Shown here piece by piece: positions 39,693-49,756 of a stretch of DNA of 64,000 nucleotides. The first letter of the stretch is position 1; the number at the start of each line of letters is the position of its first letter. A program made the position numbers and the translations under genes. Source of the DNA: Chthonomonas calidirosea (GTDB taxonomy: Bacteria > Armatimonadota > Fimbriimonadia > Fimbriimonadales > Fimbriimonadaceae); contig CAMAPH010000004.1 in the NCBI GenBank assembly GCA_945859975.1, positions 32,001-96,000 of the forward strand. The letters run 5' to 3'. The notes beneath the pieces were generated by a model. The model did not search any database. It saw nothing but the letters and a program-made list of their open reading frames with translations, and had not been told where the DNA came from.

Positions 39693-40685
39693 ATGATCCA
39701 CGCCATCCTTCTTGCCGCCATCCCCTTCATCCCGCCAACGCTGGCCACCCAGCCGGTGCCCGACGATGCCGATGACCCCGCGATTTGGGTCAACAAATCC
39801 AATCCTTCGCAATCCCGCGTGATTGGGACCAACAAGGTTAAGCGACCAACCGGCGGACTTTACGTTTTCGACCTCGACGGCAAGGTCGTCCAAAAAATCT
39901 CTGGGCTGGATCGACCGAACAACGTCGACATCTATCAAAACTGGAACGGGCTCGATATCGCCGTTTGCACGGAGCGACTGCAGGGACGACTTCGAATCTA
40001 TAAAATCGATCCTAAGGGCACCCTGTCCGACCTCACCGGCAACACCGACGTCGCGATGAAAGGCACGGCCGACTACGGCGAGCCCATGGGCATCGCCCTT
40101 TGGAAATCGAAAATCACCGGCAACGTCTACGCCCTCGTGTCCCCTAAGCTCGGTCTGGCGGAGTCGTATCTGGAGCAATACCAGCTTAAGATGAACCCGG
40201 CGACCGCGAAAGTTGACGCGATCTTCGTCGGACGTACCGGCCAGTTCCTCGGCGGAAAAGAGATCGAATCGATCGCAACCTCGGTCGATGGGATCAGCGC
40301 CTTCTACAGCGACGAAACCTATGGCAATCGCCAACTCGTTCTTCAAGACCGCCCAAACGGCTACATGGACGCCCGTCCCGCCTGGAACACGGACTTCAAA
40401 GGCGACCACGAAGGCATTGGCCTTTGGGAGAAAGGCGCAAAACGATTCGCGGTCTTTACCGATCAGTTGAAGGACCGGAGCGTTTACACCGTGACCTCGT
40501 TCACCGGAACGCGACTCGGCCAGTTCACCGCTGGCGCAGATGAAACCGACGGCATCGCGGTCAGCTCCGCAAACCTAGGGCCAAAGTTCCCAGATGGCCT
40601 AATGGTGGTGATGGACAGCAAGAATCGGCGTTTTCTTTATTTGGGCTGGCGCGAGATCGCGCGAACGCTCAAACTAAAGAACTGA
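39693..40685 (+). CDS. Beta-propeller phytase
   Basis: DADDPAIWVN, IGTNK, RPNNVD, DHEG, DETDG, FPDGLMVV; start ATG 39693 with signal-like N-terminus. Confidence 0.9.
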   Translation: MIHAILLAAIPFIPPTLATQPVPDDADDPAIWVNKSNPSQSRVIGTNKVKRPTGGLYVFDLDGKVVQKISGLDRPNNVDIYQNWNGLDIAVCTERLQGRLRIYKIDPKGTLSDLTGNTDVAMKGTADYGEPMGIALWKSKITGNVYALVSPKLGLAESYLEQYQLKMNPATAKVDAIFVGRTGQFLGGKEIESIATSVDGISAFYSDETYGNRQLVLQDRPNGYMDARPAWNTDFKGDHEGIGLWEKGAKRFAVFTDQLKDRSVYTVTSFTGTRLGQFTAGADETDGIAVSSANLGPKFPDGLMVVMDSKNRRFLYLGWREIARTLKLKN

Positions 40686-41797
40686 TGCCAGAAACCGAGA
40701 AGCCAGAGCACGAACGACCGGCGAGCCCCTGGGCGTTCCAGGTCGCGGTCGTTGCTGGCATCCCCGTTCGGCTTCACATCACGTTCCTCCTGTTCCTCGT
40801 TTGGATCGGCTGGACCGGTCAAAGCCAATCCGGTTGGCAATGGCCGATCTACGTTCTCGCGGTGTTCTTCTGCGTCGTGCTTCACGAATTCGGCCACGCC
40901 CTGACCGCCAAAAAGTACGGCATCAAAACCACGAACATCACGCTTTATCCGATCGGCGGAGTGGCGATGCTAGAAAGTCGCCCGACCGCAAAGCAGGAGC
41001 TTTGGGTGACCATCATGGGGCCAGCGGTGAACGTCGTCATCGCCGGGTTGCTGTACCTCTACATGTGGATTTCGCCGCAGCAGTTTCAGCTGACCAGCGA
41101 CATTCGCGTCGGCGGAATTCTGCCTGCGCTCTTTTTCACAAACATCTCCCTTGCCTTGTTTAATCTCATCCCGGCGTTCCCGATGGATGGAGGAAGGATT
41201 CTGCGCGCCGCGCTTTCGCTTCGATTGGGCGAGTTGCGAGCGACCCGGATCGCGGCCGGAGTTGGCCAAGTTGTCGCCATCGGGCTTGGCGTTGCGGGCA
41301 TCATCACCAGCCAGGTGATCCTGATGTTAATCGCCTTCTTCGTTTTCCTGGTAGCAGGGCAAGAGCTCACCTCGACCGTCACCCGATCTCTCCTGGCGGG
41401 CCGAAAAGTTCGCGATGCGATGATGCGAAACTTCGCCACTCTCCCGCACGGAACCACCCTTCAAGAAGCCAGCGAATTGCTGATCGCGGGCAGCCAAACC
41501 GACTTTCCCGTGACCTCGGGCAGCGACGTGCTCGGAATTCTCGAACGAAGCGAACTATCCATTGGCCTCACCGAAGATGGCCCCCACGCTTACGTTGCCG
41601 GTCGGATGAACCGTAACGCCAACCGTTGCCGACCCGATGACGACCTAGAGTGGGCCGCCGAACAATTCGCCGCCGCCGGAAGACGTCCCGTGCTTGTCAT
41701 GGAAGGCGACGACCTTGTGGGCATGCTCACTCAGGAGAACCTGAGCGAGTTCATCATGCTCCAAGACGCTGCCTCGCGCCGGAAAAAGACTGGCTAA
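40685..41797 (+). CDS. Site-2 protease (M50) with CBS domains
   Basis: HEFGH, GPAVN, NLIPAFPMDGGR; C-terminal CBS pair. Confidence 0.93.
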   Translation: MPETEKPEHERPASPWAFQVAVVAGIPVRLHITFLLFLVWIGWTGQSQSGWQWPIYVLAVFFCVVLHEFGHALTAKKYGIKTTNITLYPIGGVAMLESRPTAKQELWVTIMGPAVNVVIAGLLYLYMWISPQQFQLTSDIRVGGILPALFFTNISLALFNLIPAFPMDGGRILRAALSLRLGELRATRIAAGVGQVVAIGLGVAGIITSQVILMLIAFFVFLVAGQELTSTVTRSLLAGRKVRDAMMRNFATLPHGTTLQEASELLIAGSQTDFPVTSGSDVLGILERSELSIGLTEDGPHAYVAGRMNRNANRCRPDDDLEWAAEQFAAAGRRPVLVMEGDDLVGMLTQENLSEFIMLQDAASRRKKTG

Positions 41798-43071
41798 TCC
41801 AGTTCCCAGTAGGAGGCAGTGGTGCAGAGGAAGGCCGAAAATCTCGCAGTCTGCGCAAAAGCCAAAAACTCGGGGTAGCCCTTTGGGCAGCGGATCGGGC
41901 CGAGATGAACAACTTCAAAGCCCCAGGACCGCGCTGTCTCCACTTGAAATTGCCAGGTCTCATTCGTGCGATTAATCGCCTCCGCGTGGCTCTGGTGAAC
42001 GTTCGGACTCGCACAAAACGCCACCCCATCCCAAGCTTGCGACGGGCGATTCCGATTGAGTTCGGTGAAATTGCCAGAACTTCCGGCAATGAGAGACGCT
42101 TCGGGAAGGAGCTGTCTGAACTCCACAAGCTTATTTTCTAGCCTTTGATAGTCCGTGATGACTACCCCGGCTACGTCAGCACCCTTCGCCACAAGAACTT
42201 CTAGCCTAGAAGTTGGATCACCAAGAAGCCATACAAGCGGACAAGGATCGTGCGGCAGCAGCGCATCTAAGGCCGCGGTGAACTGATCAACCGAGTCATC
42301 TGCGCTACTCCAGAGCGTGATTGCCCCGTCCAAATCCGTGCTGTCGAATGCTTGCGAATCGACAGTCGTGCGCGAACGCGAATTGTATGTTCGCTGGTCT
42401 CTTGGATTCTTGACGAGTCGAATCGTCACCGCCTGGTGGACCGGCACCCCGGCCGGCAACAAATACGGCCTCGGAAGTCTCGCCGGTCGGCCGTAGGTCT
42501 TAAACGAATAGTCCGACCAATTCCGCTGGTCCTCCATCTCGAAAACTTCGTGCTCAAACTCGAATGAAACTAAATGTCCTGCGACCTCATGCTCAAGCTT
42601 TTGAATGTCAAAGAACGGTTCGTGAGGCGAGATAAGCGTGGGGAATCTTCCGTGCGTTTGTGTGCCGTCTGGATGTGTCACGACGACTCTCTCCGCATGG
42701 ACCTCGTCTGGGTTATGCAAGACGCAGAACCCGGTTCGGCAGGTCTCAAAGTCACGTTGCGGAGTCGCAACGAGCTCGTAGCGCACCTCAAATTCTTTCA
42801 CTATCACGTGAACTTCAAGCTTGACCGCAACCGTGCCGTTGTCCACGGCATCACCCGTCCAGAACAGCTCAGCGCTTTCGCCAACTTTCTCTTCCACGCG
42901 TAGCACGGCATTTCGAATCTCCAGCGTGCCCCATTGTGAATTCCGGACTGCCGGATACAGGTCTTCGACAAAGTGAATGTTCCCGAGGCTTACGGTGGAA
43001 ACCGCTCCGCGAGCCGGATCGAATTGAATGAAGAATTCACCGAAATCGATCTGATAACCAGGCTGACTCAT
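41794..43071 (-). CDS. Hypothetical protein, D-apionate lactonase-like
   Basis: AVRNSQWGT, FEMEDQRNWSDYSFKTY, NFTELNR motifs recalled from that family; ATG overlaps prfC stop (ATGA). Confidence 0.6.
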   Translation of the reverse strand: MSQPGYQIDFGEFFIQFDPARGAVSTVSLGNIHFVEDLYPAVRNSQWGTLEIRNAVLRVEEKVGESAELFWTGDAVDNGTVAVKLEVHVIVKEFEVRYELVATPQRDFETCRTGFCVLHNPDEVHAERVVVTHPDGTQTHGRFPTLISPHEPFFDIQKLEHEVAGHLVSFEFEHEVFEMEDQRNWSDYSFKTYGRPARLPRPYLLPAGVPVHQAVTIRLVKNPRDQRTYNSRSRTTVDSQAFDSTDLDGAITLWSSADDSVDQFTAALDALLPHDPCPLVWLLGDPTSRLEVLVAKGADVAGVVITDYQRLENKLVEFRQLLPEASLIAGSSGNFTELNRNRPSQAWDGVAFCASPNVHQSHAEAINRTNETWQFQVETARSWGFEVVHLGPIRCPKGYPEFLAFAQTARFSAFLCTTASYWELD

Positions 43072-44675
43072 GCTTTCACCAAATTCCGCTTCCAATCCGC
43101 TTGCCTATGGAAAAAGATCTTGGGATTCTTGTCGATCAGATAGCCCAAGTGCCACTCCGAGCCAATGAGTACCGCTGGCTCACCGGTTCGAGTAAGTACG
43201 GCCTTCGCGTTCGACCCCCAATACACCGCGGCGATCTCCGCCTCGTCGCCCTCAAGCCAGCACATCAGGTCGTAGGAAAGCGGCTCCAGCATGGTCTTAA
43301 CGCCGTACTCGGCCTCTAGCCGGTACTGAATAACTTCAAACTGCAGCCGGCCAACCACACCGAGAATCGGGTTTCGCTGCGATGATTTCGGATCGAAGAA
43401 CACATCCGAAAGCCCCTCGTCGCAAAGCTGCTCGAACCCTTTTTCAAAGTGCTTAAACCGGTCGATGCTCCGGTTCACGAGCGTCGCAAACATTTCCGGC
43501 GCGAACGGCGTTACCTCATGAAAAGTCCGCGTCCCCTTGGCCGAAAGCGAGTCGCCAAGAATGAACGCTCCCGGATTTGTAAGACCCACGATATCGCCCG
43601 CATAGGCTTCCTCCACCGTCTCGCGGTCGTTAGCAAAAAGACGCTGGGGACGCGTCAGGCGGATCTGCTTGCCCATCCGCGCGTGGTTCACCTGCATGTC
43701 TTTCTCAAACCGCCCGCTGACCACCCGCATGAACGCTATGCGGTCACGGTGGTTCGGATCCATATTCGCCTGAATCTTGAAGATGAAACCGCTGAAAACT
43801 TCATCCTCAGGCTGAACTTCCACCTCGTCGGCGGTCCGGCTCTCCGGCGGTGGAGCCATACCAAGGAAGCGGTTAAGGAATAGCTCTACCCCGAAGTTCC
43901 AGATCGCCGAGCCAAAGAAGACCGGTGACAACTCACCCGCGAGAACCTTTTCCTGATCAAACTCTTCTCCAGCGATGCTGATGAGTTCGATCTCTTCCTT
44001 CAGGCGGGACAACTCCTGCGGCGTCAACGCCGCTCGTGCCTCGTCGGAGTCGAGCGGGAACACATCAACCGTCGCCTTCTGCGATCCGCCACCAACGCGG
44101 TTGAACAAATGCACCGTTTCCGACTCCCGGTCATAGATGCCTCGGAATTCGTCGCCCTGCCCGATGGGCCAGTTCATCGGCACGTTCTTGATGCCCAGAG
44201 TGTCCTCAACTTCCGTCAAAAGGTCCAGCGGACCAATGCCCGGGTGGTCCATTTTGTTGATGAACGTAAAAATCGGAATCCCCCGCTGGCGGCAAACGGC
44301 GAAGAGCTTTTTCGTCTGCGTTTCCACGCCTTTGGCGTTATCGATGAGCATCACCGCGCTATCGGCGGCGGTCAGCGTTCGGTAAGTATCCGCCGAGAAA
44401 TCATCGTGGCCGGGGGTGTCGAGCAGGTTCAGGACGTGATCGCGGTATTCGAACTGCAACACGGTCGAGGTGACCGAAATCCCTCGCTGCTTCTCAAGCT
44501 CCATCCAGTCCGAGGTCGCTTTGCGCTGATTCTTCTTCGCGGTGACGGTGCCAGCAAGCTGAATCGCACCTCCATAAAGCAGCAGCTTTTCGGTGAGGGT
44601 CGTCTTCCCCGCGTCGGGGTGGGAGATGATGGCAAAGGTTCGCCTTCGCGCAATTTCGGAAGCCAGTGCTGCCAC
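43068..44675 (-). CDS. prfC: Peptide chain release factor 3
   Basis: RRTFAIISHPDAGKTTLTEKLLLYGGAI, DTPGH, FKIQANMDPNHRDR. Confidence 0.97.
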   Translation of the reverse strand: MAALASEIARRRTFAIISHPDAGKTTLTEKLLLYGGAIQLAGTVTAKKNQRKATSDWMELEKQRGISVTSTVLQFEYRDHVLNLLDTPGHDDFSADTYRTLTAADSAVMLIDNAKGVETQTKKLFAVCRQRGIPIFTFINKMDHPGIGPLDLLTEVEDTLGIKNVPMNWPIGQGDEFRGIYDRESETVHLFNRVGGGSQKATVDVFPLDSDEARAALTPQELSRLKEEIELISIAGEEFDQEKVLAGELSPVFFGSAIWNFGVELFLNRFLGMAPPPESRTADEVEVQPEDEVFSGFIFKIQANMDPNHRDRIAFMRVVSGRFEKDMQVNHARMGKQIRLTRPQRLFANDRETVEEAYAGDIVGLTNPGAFILGDSLSAKGTRTFHEVTPFAPEMFATLVNRSIDRFKHFEKGFEQLCDEGLSDVFFDPKSSQRNPILGVVGRLQFEVIQYRLEAEYGVKTMLEPLSYDLMCWLEGDEAEIAAVYWGSNAKAVLTRTGEPAVLIGSEWHLGYLIDKNPKIFFHRQADWKRNLVKA

Positions 44676-44708
44676 GTCGGGAGATTGTACTTTGCGCCGG
44701 GTGGCCGC

Positions 44709-45704
44709 TCAATCTCGCGACGCCGTAAAGAAGCCACCGTAGTCCGCCTTGCGATCTCTCCAAACCGAATGGAAATGCACTTTGTCTGGGAAGTTCGCCC
44801 CCGGCTGGCAGATGAACTCGATCCACACGCTCGGTCCGTCGATTCGCACGTAGTCACCCGGCTTGCTCTGGGCGGTCGTCCCAGAAATCGCAACTCGCGT
44901 CTCGCCGAGTTCGGCAAAGTACCGCTTCTGGTAGGCATTGGCAAACGGCGAATCGCCGGTGTAAGCGATGATCGCTTTCTTGACCCAAGCTTGCGATGCC
45001 GGCGAGAGCTCGGTCACCGGGACACCCTGTCGAGCAGGAAACTTTCCGTCTCGCCCAGGCCCCACTACGACGTCGCCAAACGAATCCTTCAGCGTCGCCT
45101 TCGTAACTTGGTCTGGCGTGAGCGATTTGGCCAGCCCCGTGATCGCCGCTCGAACATTCGCGATCGGTGTAACGGTCTTTCCGTTAGATTCGAAGGACTC
45201 GGGCTCTAGCCCGAGGAAGTACGGCGAACTCCAGCCGCTCTCACCCTTGATCGTAATGTTCGCGGCAATGTGATGCCCACCCAACTGGATCATCCACGGC
45301 TCGGTGCGAGATGGCTCTCCCAAAATGGCGACGATGTACTGATTCGAGCTGTACGAGCCTGGACGGATTTTCTCCAACACTCCATCCGCTGCCCGAATGG
45401 ATTGGAACCGATCGAAACCTTTCGAACCAAGGACGGTCCGCGCAAGCTTAAGCGCTGCAGCGAGTTGGGGTCCGTTCAAGTCGCTGAACTGTACACCGTT
45501 CCGAATCTGAACTCCACCGGGCAAGTTGCTCCACTTTGCCGCCGATTCCTTGGTCAGCGGCAGTTTGGCCTTACCCACCTGAGCTGGTGTGAGCGTGGCA
45601 AGAAAGTCTTGCGTTGCTGCATAGATTGGGTGTTCAGACCGCATCGTAGTTGGAGGCAGCGCCATGGCTTGGAGAAGAAGCAATCCGAGAAGTTGGTGCG
45701 CCAC
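44709..45704 (-). CDS. Secreted DUF3500-like protein
   Basis: WSNLP, GGHH, YVRIDGPSVWIE, HFHSVWRD...DYG. Confidence 0.8.
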   Translation of the reverse strand: MAHQLLGLLLLQAMALPPTTMRSEHPIYAATQDFLATLTPAQVGKAKLPLTKESAAKWSNLPGGVQIRNGVQFSDLNGPQLAAALKLARTVLGSKGFDRFQSIRAADGVLEKIRPGSYSSNQYIVAILGEPSRTEPWMIQLGGHHIAANITIKGESGWSSPYFLGLEPESFESNGKTVTPIANVRAAITGLAKSLTPDQVTKATLKDSFGDVVVGPGRDGKFPARQGVPVTELSPASQAWVKKAIIAYTGDSPFANAYQKRYFAELGETRVAISGTTAQSKPGDYVRIDGPSVWIEFICQPGANFPDKVHFHSVWRDRKADYGGFFTASRD

Positions 45705-45807
45705 GGGAAAAGTTTAGAGGATTTGCCAGGAGCGCGATAGAGCGACTTTCGTTCGCGGCCCTAGCGGAGTGCCAGTCTCACCGTATATTGTAAGTGTGGG
45801 CGGGCCA

Positions 45808-46065
45808 ATGAACGAGGTCGAACAGTACGGAACAATTGCCATCCGGGAAATGCAAGAAGCACTTTCCCGTAGCCGTTCGGTGCTGTATGCCTTGTTCGGT
45901 GAAGTCGCAGGTGAGCAGATTCGGACAAACCGCGACCTTCGACCCCTCGTTTCTCAAGTTGTCCAATCGAAGGGGCAAGACCAAATTGCCGTGAATGCCC
46001 TCAGAACCGCTGCCGAGCTTGCACTTCCTAATTTAGGGAAGACCGAACTGACATCGGCGTTGTGA
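45808..46065 (+). CDS. Small hypothetical protein
   Basis: Helical ORF filling the intergenic space; start uncertain (45769 or 45808). Confidence 0.5.
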   Translation: MNEVEQYGTIAIREMQEALSRSRSVLYALFGEVAGEQIRTNRDLRPLVSQVVQSKGQDQIAVNALRTAAELALPNLGKTELTSAL

Positions 46066-46232
46066 ACGTGATCTCTGTCCCCCGCCGGTGAAGGCAGGAA
46101 ACCGCCCGGAAAGATCTGTAAAAGATGAGGAATTGATACTTCTCGGGGCTAGAGCCTTGCATCCTGGCGGACACTTCAGGGATAATCTTAGGTCCGATAG
46201 GCGGAAGTACGCCTGACGGTCCCAGGAGAATC

Positions 46233-46400
46233 ATGGCAAAGAAATCTGAAGCGCGCGAAATCATTCGCGTGGTGTGCACCGAAGACGGTAAGAACTACTA
46301 CACCACCACGAAGAACAAGCGCAACACCACCGAGCGACTTGAGCTCAACAAGTACAACCCCCGACTCCGCAAGGTGACCTTGCACCGGGAGAAGAAGTAA
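46233..46400 (+). CDS. rpmG: 50S ribosomal protein L33 (absent from the ORF track)
   Basis: Manual translation [62 protein letters not shown]. Confidence 0.95.
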   Translation: MAKKSEAREIIRVVCTEDGKNYYTTTKNKRNTTERLELNKYNPRLRKVTLHREKK

Positions 46401-46401
46401 G

Positions 46402-46590
46402 ATGCCAAACCCAAAACGACGTTTTAGCCACCAGCGAACGGCACTGCGCCGAACTCACTACACCACCGACCTGCCAGAGATTCAGCTGAACAAGCAGGCT
46501 AGCAGTGAGCCATTCTTCCTTCGCTTCCATGCCAATTCCGACGGCGTCTACAAGGGCCGTCAGCTTCCCGGCTTCAAGCAGAAGGGCTAA
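46402..46590 (+). CDS. rpmF: 50S ribosomal protein L32
   Basis: MPNPKRRFSHQRTALRRTH N-terminus and GVYKGRQ C-terminus; follows rpmG. Confidence 0.9.
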   Translation: MPNPKRRFSHQRTALRRTHYTTDLPEIQLNKQASSEPFFLRFHANSDGVYKGRQLPGFKQKG

Positions 46591-46611
46591 TCACCCGCCA
46601 AAACCTGGGGC

Positions 46612-46654
46612 AAAGACCCATCCAATCCGACCGGTTGGATGGGTCTTTCTGTTT
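46612..46654 (+). terminator. Intrinsic terminator after rpmG-rpmF
   Basis: AAAGACCCATCCAA/TTGGATGGGTCTTT followed by CTGTTT. Confidence 0.85.
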
Positions 46655-46680
46655 GTCCGAGACGTCTAGATAAGTGCCGC

Positions 46681-48342
46681 ATGATCGTAGAGCTAACCGT
46701 CGAGAATTTGGCCATCATCGAACGCGCCGAGCTCCAAATGGGACCGGGCTTCACCGCGCTGTCCGGCGAGACCGGCGCGGGCAAATCGCTGCTTATTGAC
46801 GCCATCGAGCTCGCCATGGGTGAACGAGCCGACACCGAACTCGTGCGCACCGGCGCTCCCAAGGCCAGCGTCCAAGTCGTCTTCGATCTCTCTAGCCAAC
46901 CTGCCCTGCGCGAAAAATGTGCCGACTTTGGGGTCGATCTCACCGAAAATCTACTCTTCGTGCAAAGAGAGGTCATGGCCGAAGGCCGGTCCGTTGCCCG
47001 ACTGAACGGCAAGACTTGTCCGGTAGGAACTTTGCGTGCGCTTGGGCCGCTCTTGGTCGATCTCCACGGCCAACACGATCACCAGGCCCTTCTCGACCCC
47101 GTGCGGCATTTGGCGTATCTCGACGCCTGGATTGGCCCAGAGCTCACTCCACTGCTTTCGGCGGTCGCAGACCGACTTGTTGCGTACCGCGCGGCCCATC
47201 AAGCTCTCCGTGCCTTTCGGTCGAACATTAGAGACCGCGAGCACAAGCTCGACCTGCTGCGATTCCAAGTCAAAGAAATCGAAACCGTGTCTCCCGTCGC
47301 GGGCGAATATGAAGAACTCGAATCCGCTCTCCAGCGACTGAAGTACTCCGAAAAGCTCGCCGAAGGGGTCTTCACCGCCCTGTCTGCCGTCGCCGATGCG
47401 GAAGTCAATGCCCAAGACCAACTTGGCCATGGTGCCCGGAGCCTGCAATCCCTCCTCAAATTCGACGAAGCCCTCCAAGCCCCCCTCGACCGCCTGACGG
47501 CAGCAATGGCCGAACTCGATGAAGCCATCTCCTACCTCCGCGACTACGCTGAGTCGCTCGATGCCGACCCCGGTCGGCTAGATGAAGTCACCGAGCGCAT
47601 GGATGCCCTCAAGCGACTGCGGCGAAAGTACGGCGAAAACGAAGCCGCCATCCTCGAATTCCTCATCAAAGCCCAAAACGAGCTTGCCCTTCTGGAAGAC
47701 GCCGAGGCAAGCGAGGATTCGCTCTTGGATGCAGAGAAGAAGGCAGCATCCGAACTCAGAGCGGCTTGCGCAAAAGTCACTTCCCTACGGCTCGCCAAAG
47801 GCATCGACTTCGCCGAAATCGTCGCCGATCAGCTTCGCGACCTTGGCATGGAGCGGGCAAAGTTCGACGTTCAGCGAACCGACAAAGAACCCGACGAATC
47901 CGGGGCCGACGAACTCATCTTTCTTTTCTCCGCCAACGCCGGCGAAGACCCGAAGCCGCTCAACAAAATCGCCAGCGGCGGAGAAATGAGCCGCGTCATG
48001 CTCGCTATCAAAACCGCTCTCGCCGGGCGCGCCGGAGTTCCGACGCTGATCTTCGACGAAGTCGACGCCGGTCTCGGCGGACGCACCGCCGCCATCGTCG
48101 CCCGCAAACTGGCCGAACTTGCGACTCACTACCAAGTGCTCGTCATCTCCCACTCTCCCCAAATCGCGAGCCGAGCGACAACTCACTTCCGAATTTCAAA
48201 AGCCGAGTCCAACGGCCGCGTCACGACCCGAATTGTCGGGCTTCAGCCAAAGGAACGCGAAGAAGAAATCGCCCGCATGCTCGCGGGCGAACACGTCACC
48301 GAATCCGCCCTCGCAAACGCAAGAGAGCTACTCGGTCTTTAG
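46681..48342 (+). CDS. recN: DNA repair protein RecN
   Basis: GETGAGKS, LHGQHD, ASGGEMSR, IFDEVD. Confidence 0.96.
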   Translation: MIVELTVENLAIIERAELQMGPGFTALSGETGAGKSLLIDAIELAMGERADTELVRTGAPKASVQVVFDLSSQPALREKCADFGVDLTENLLFVQREVMAEGRSVARLNGKTCPVGTLRALGPLLVDLHGQHDHQALLDPVRHLAYLDAWIGPELTPLLSAVADRLVAYRAAHQALRAFRSNIRDREHKLDLLRFQVKEIETVSPVAGEYEELESALQRLKYSEKLAEGVFTALSAVADAEVNAQDQLGHGARSLQSLLKFDEALQAPLDRLTAAMAELDEAISYLRDYAESLDADPGRLDEVTERMDALKRLRRKYGENEAAILEFLIKAQNELALLEDAEASEDSLLDAEKKAASELRAACAKVTSLRLAKGIDFAEIVADQLRDLGMERAKFDVQRTDKEPDESGADELIFLFSANAGEDPKPLNKIASGGEMSRVMLAIKTALAGRAGVPTLIFDEVDAGLGGRTAAIVARKLAELATHYQVLVISHSPQIASRATTHFRISKAESNGRVTTRIVGLQPKEREEEIARMLAGEHVTESALANARELLGL

Positions 48343-49713
48343 AGCCGCAACAAGCCGTTCTCTTGCCCCCGATTCATCCCCGACCGCCAGGTCGCCATTA
48401 AGAACCAGTTCCGTTAGCCAAGCCTTCCATTTCCCGATTTCCGATCCCGCGGTTAGCCCCGTGATCTCCATAATCTGCCCGCCCGTCAGCGGAGACTGCA
48501 ACTGGTCCGGCGGCGTGGCCTGCGAAACCGCCGCCAATTGCGCTCGCACCGGACCGAGATCAAGCTGGCGCACATCTGCTTTCAGACCGTTCGCATCTGC
48601 CTCGACCAGCCGAAGCAAATCGTCGACTGCCTCACCATACTCTCGCCACAGCCGCCGCGCTGCGCTGGCTGAGAAAGTTGGTGCACTGCCAATCCGCATA
48701 TGCCCTCGGACAAGGTGACTAATCGCAACCGCGTCACGCTCCGAGAACTTCAGCCGCCGTAAAATCTCCAGCGACATCTGCGCCCCGATGACCTCGTGGT
48801 TGAAGAACCGGATCCGCCCGTCCTCCTCCACCGTCCTCGTGACCGGCTTCGCGACGTCGTGCAGAAGCGCACCCCACCGGACCGTCAGCGAGTCGCCTGC
48901 CGCTGCCGAATTATCAAGCACCTTGAGCGTGTGCCCCCAAACATCGGCATCGTGGTAATGCCCCTGCGTCACCCCGATCATTGTCCGGAACTCCGGCAAC
49001 ATCCGATCCAGCAAGCCGAGCGTCATCAAATCCTGAAAAGCGGAAGATGCTGATCGCAGCATCAGAATCTTGTTGAGCTCGTCGCGAATCCTCTCCGCAC
49101 TGATGATCTCCAGCCGATCGCTTTCCTCGGCAATCGCTTCGTAAAGCCCCGGCGCAGGTGAGAAGCCGAGTTTCCACCGAAAACGAACTGCTCGCAGCAT
49201 CCGCAGCGGGTCCTCCGCAAACGTAGTGCGCGGATCTTTGGGCGTCCGCAGGAGCCGATCCTGCATATCCGGCAGTCCCGTTCCCAGCGTGTCAAGCACT
49301 TCGCCCGTGAACAAGTCCGCCCGAAGCGAGTTCACCGTGAAATCTCGTCGCAACGCATCCTGCATGTAGTCCGCTGGCTCCACCGTCGGCTTTCGCGACT
49401 CGCCACGGTAGCTCTCGGCGCGCGCGGTGATGAACTCAACCGCTACTCCGTCAATGGAAAGCATCGCCGTGCCGAATTGCTCATAGGTCACCGGATAGTG
49501 GTCCGCCAATCCTGCCTCGTACAAAAGCTGCACGAGGGCAGCTGCATCGCTCTGAGTAACGAGGTCGAAGTCGTCACTCACCGTGTTGCCCAGCAGGGCA
49601 TCGCGCACCGCACCGCCCACCAGAAACAGGTCCGTTTCCCACGCACTTCCGCGGAGCGCAGTCGCGACTTTTCCCAGCACGGGATGGATGAGGGGCAGGT
49701 TAAGTAGCGGCAC
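48328..49713 (-). CDS. cca: CCA tRNA nucleotidyltransferase with HD domain
   Basis: VGGAVRD, DFD, RRDFTVN, EDPLRMLRAVRF, LLHDVAKP. Confidence 0.88.
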   Translation of the reverse strand: MPLLNLPLIHPVLGKVATALRGSAWETDLFLVGGAVRDALLGNTVSDDFDLVTQSDAAALVQLLYEAGLADHYPVTYEQFGTAMLSIDGVAVEFITARAESYRGESRKPTVEPADYMQDALRRDFTVNSLRADLFTGEVLDTLGTGLPDMQDRLLRTPKDPRTTFAEDPLRMLRAVRFRWKLGFSPAPGLYEAIAEESDRLEIISAERIRDELNKILMLRSASSAFQDLMTLGLLDRMLPEFRTMIGVTQGHYHDADVWGHTLKVLDNSAAAGDSLTVRWGALLHDVAKPVTRTVEEDGRIRFFNHEVIGAQMSLEILRRLKFSERDAVAISHLVRGHMRIGSAPTFSASAARRLWREYGEAVDDLLRLVEADANGLKADVRQLDLGPVRAQLAAVSQATPPDQLQSPLTGGQIMEITGLTAGSEIGKWKAWLTELVLNGDLAVGDESGARERLVAALKTE

Positions 49714-49756
49714 GATTATCTCCGTTAGACCTTATTCGGTAAAACAGGCTCATTCT

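Noticed and set aside
46066..46232. Possible 6S/SRP RNA or Zur box upstream of rpmG
   Set aside because: No SRP core motif, no long 6S-like rod, and the GAGGAATTGATACTTCTC dyad is weak
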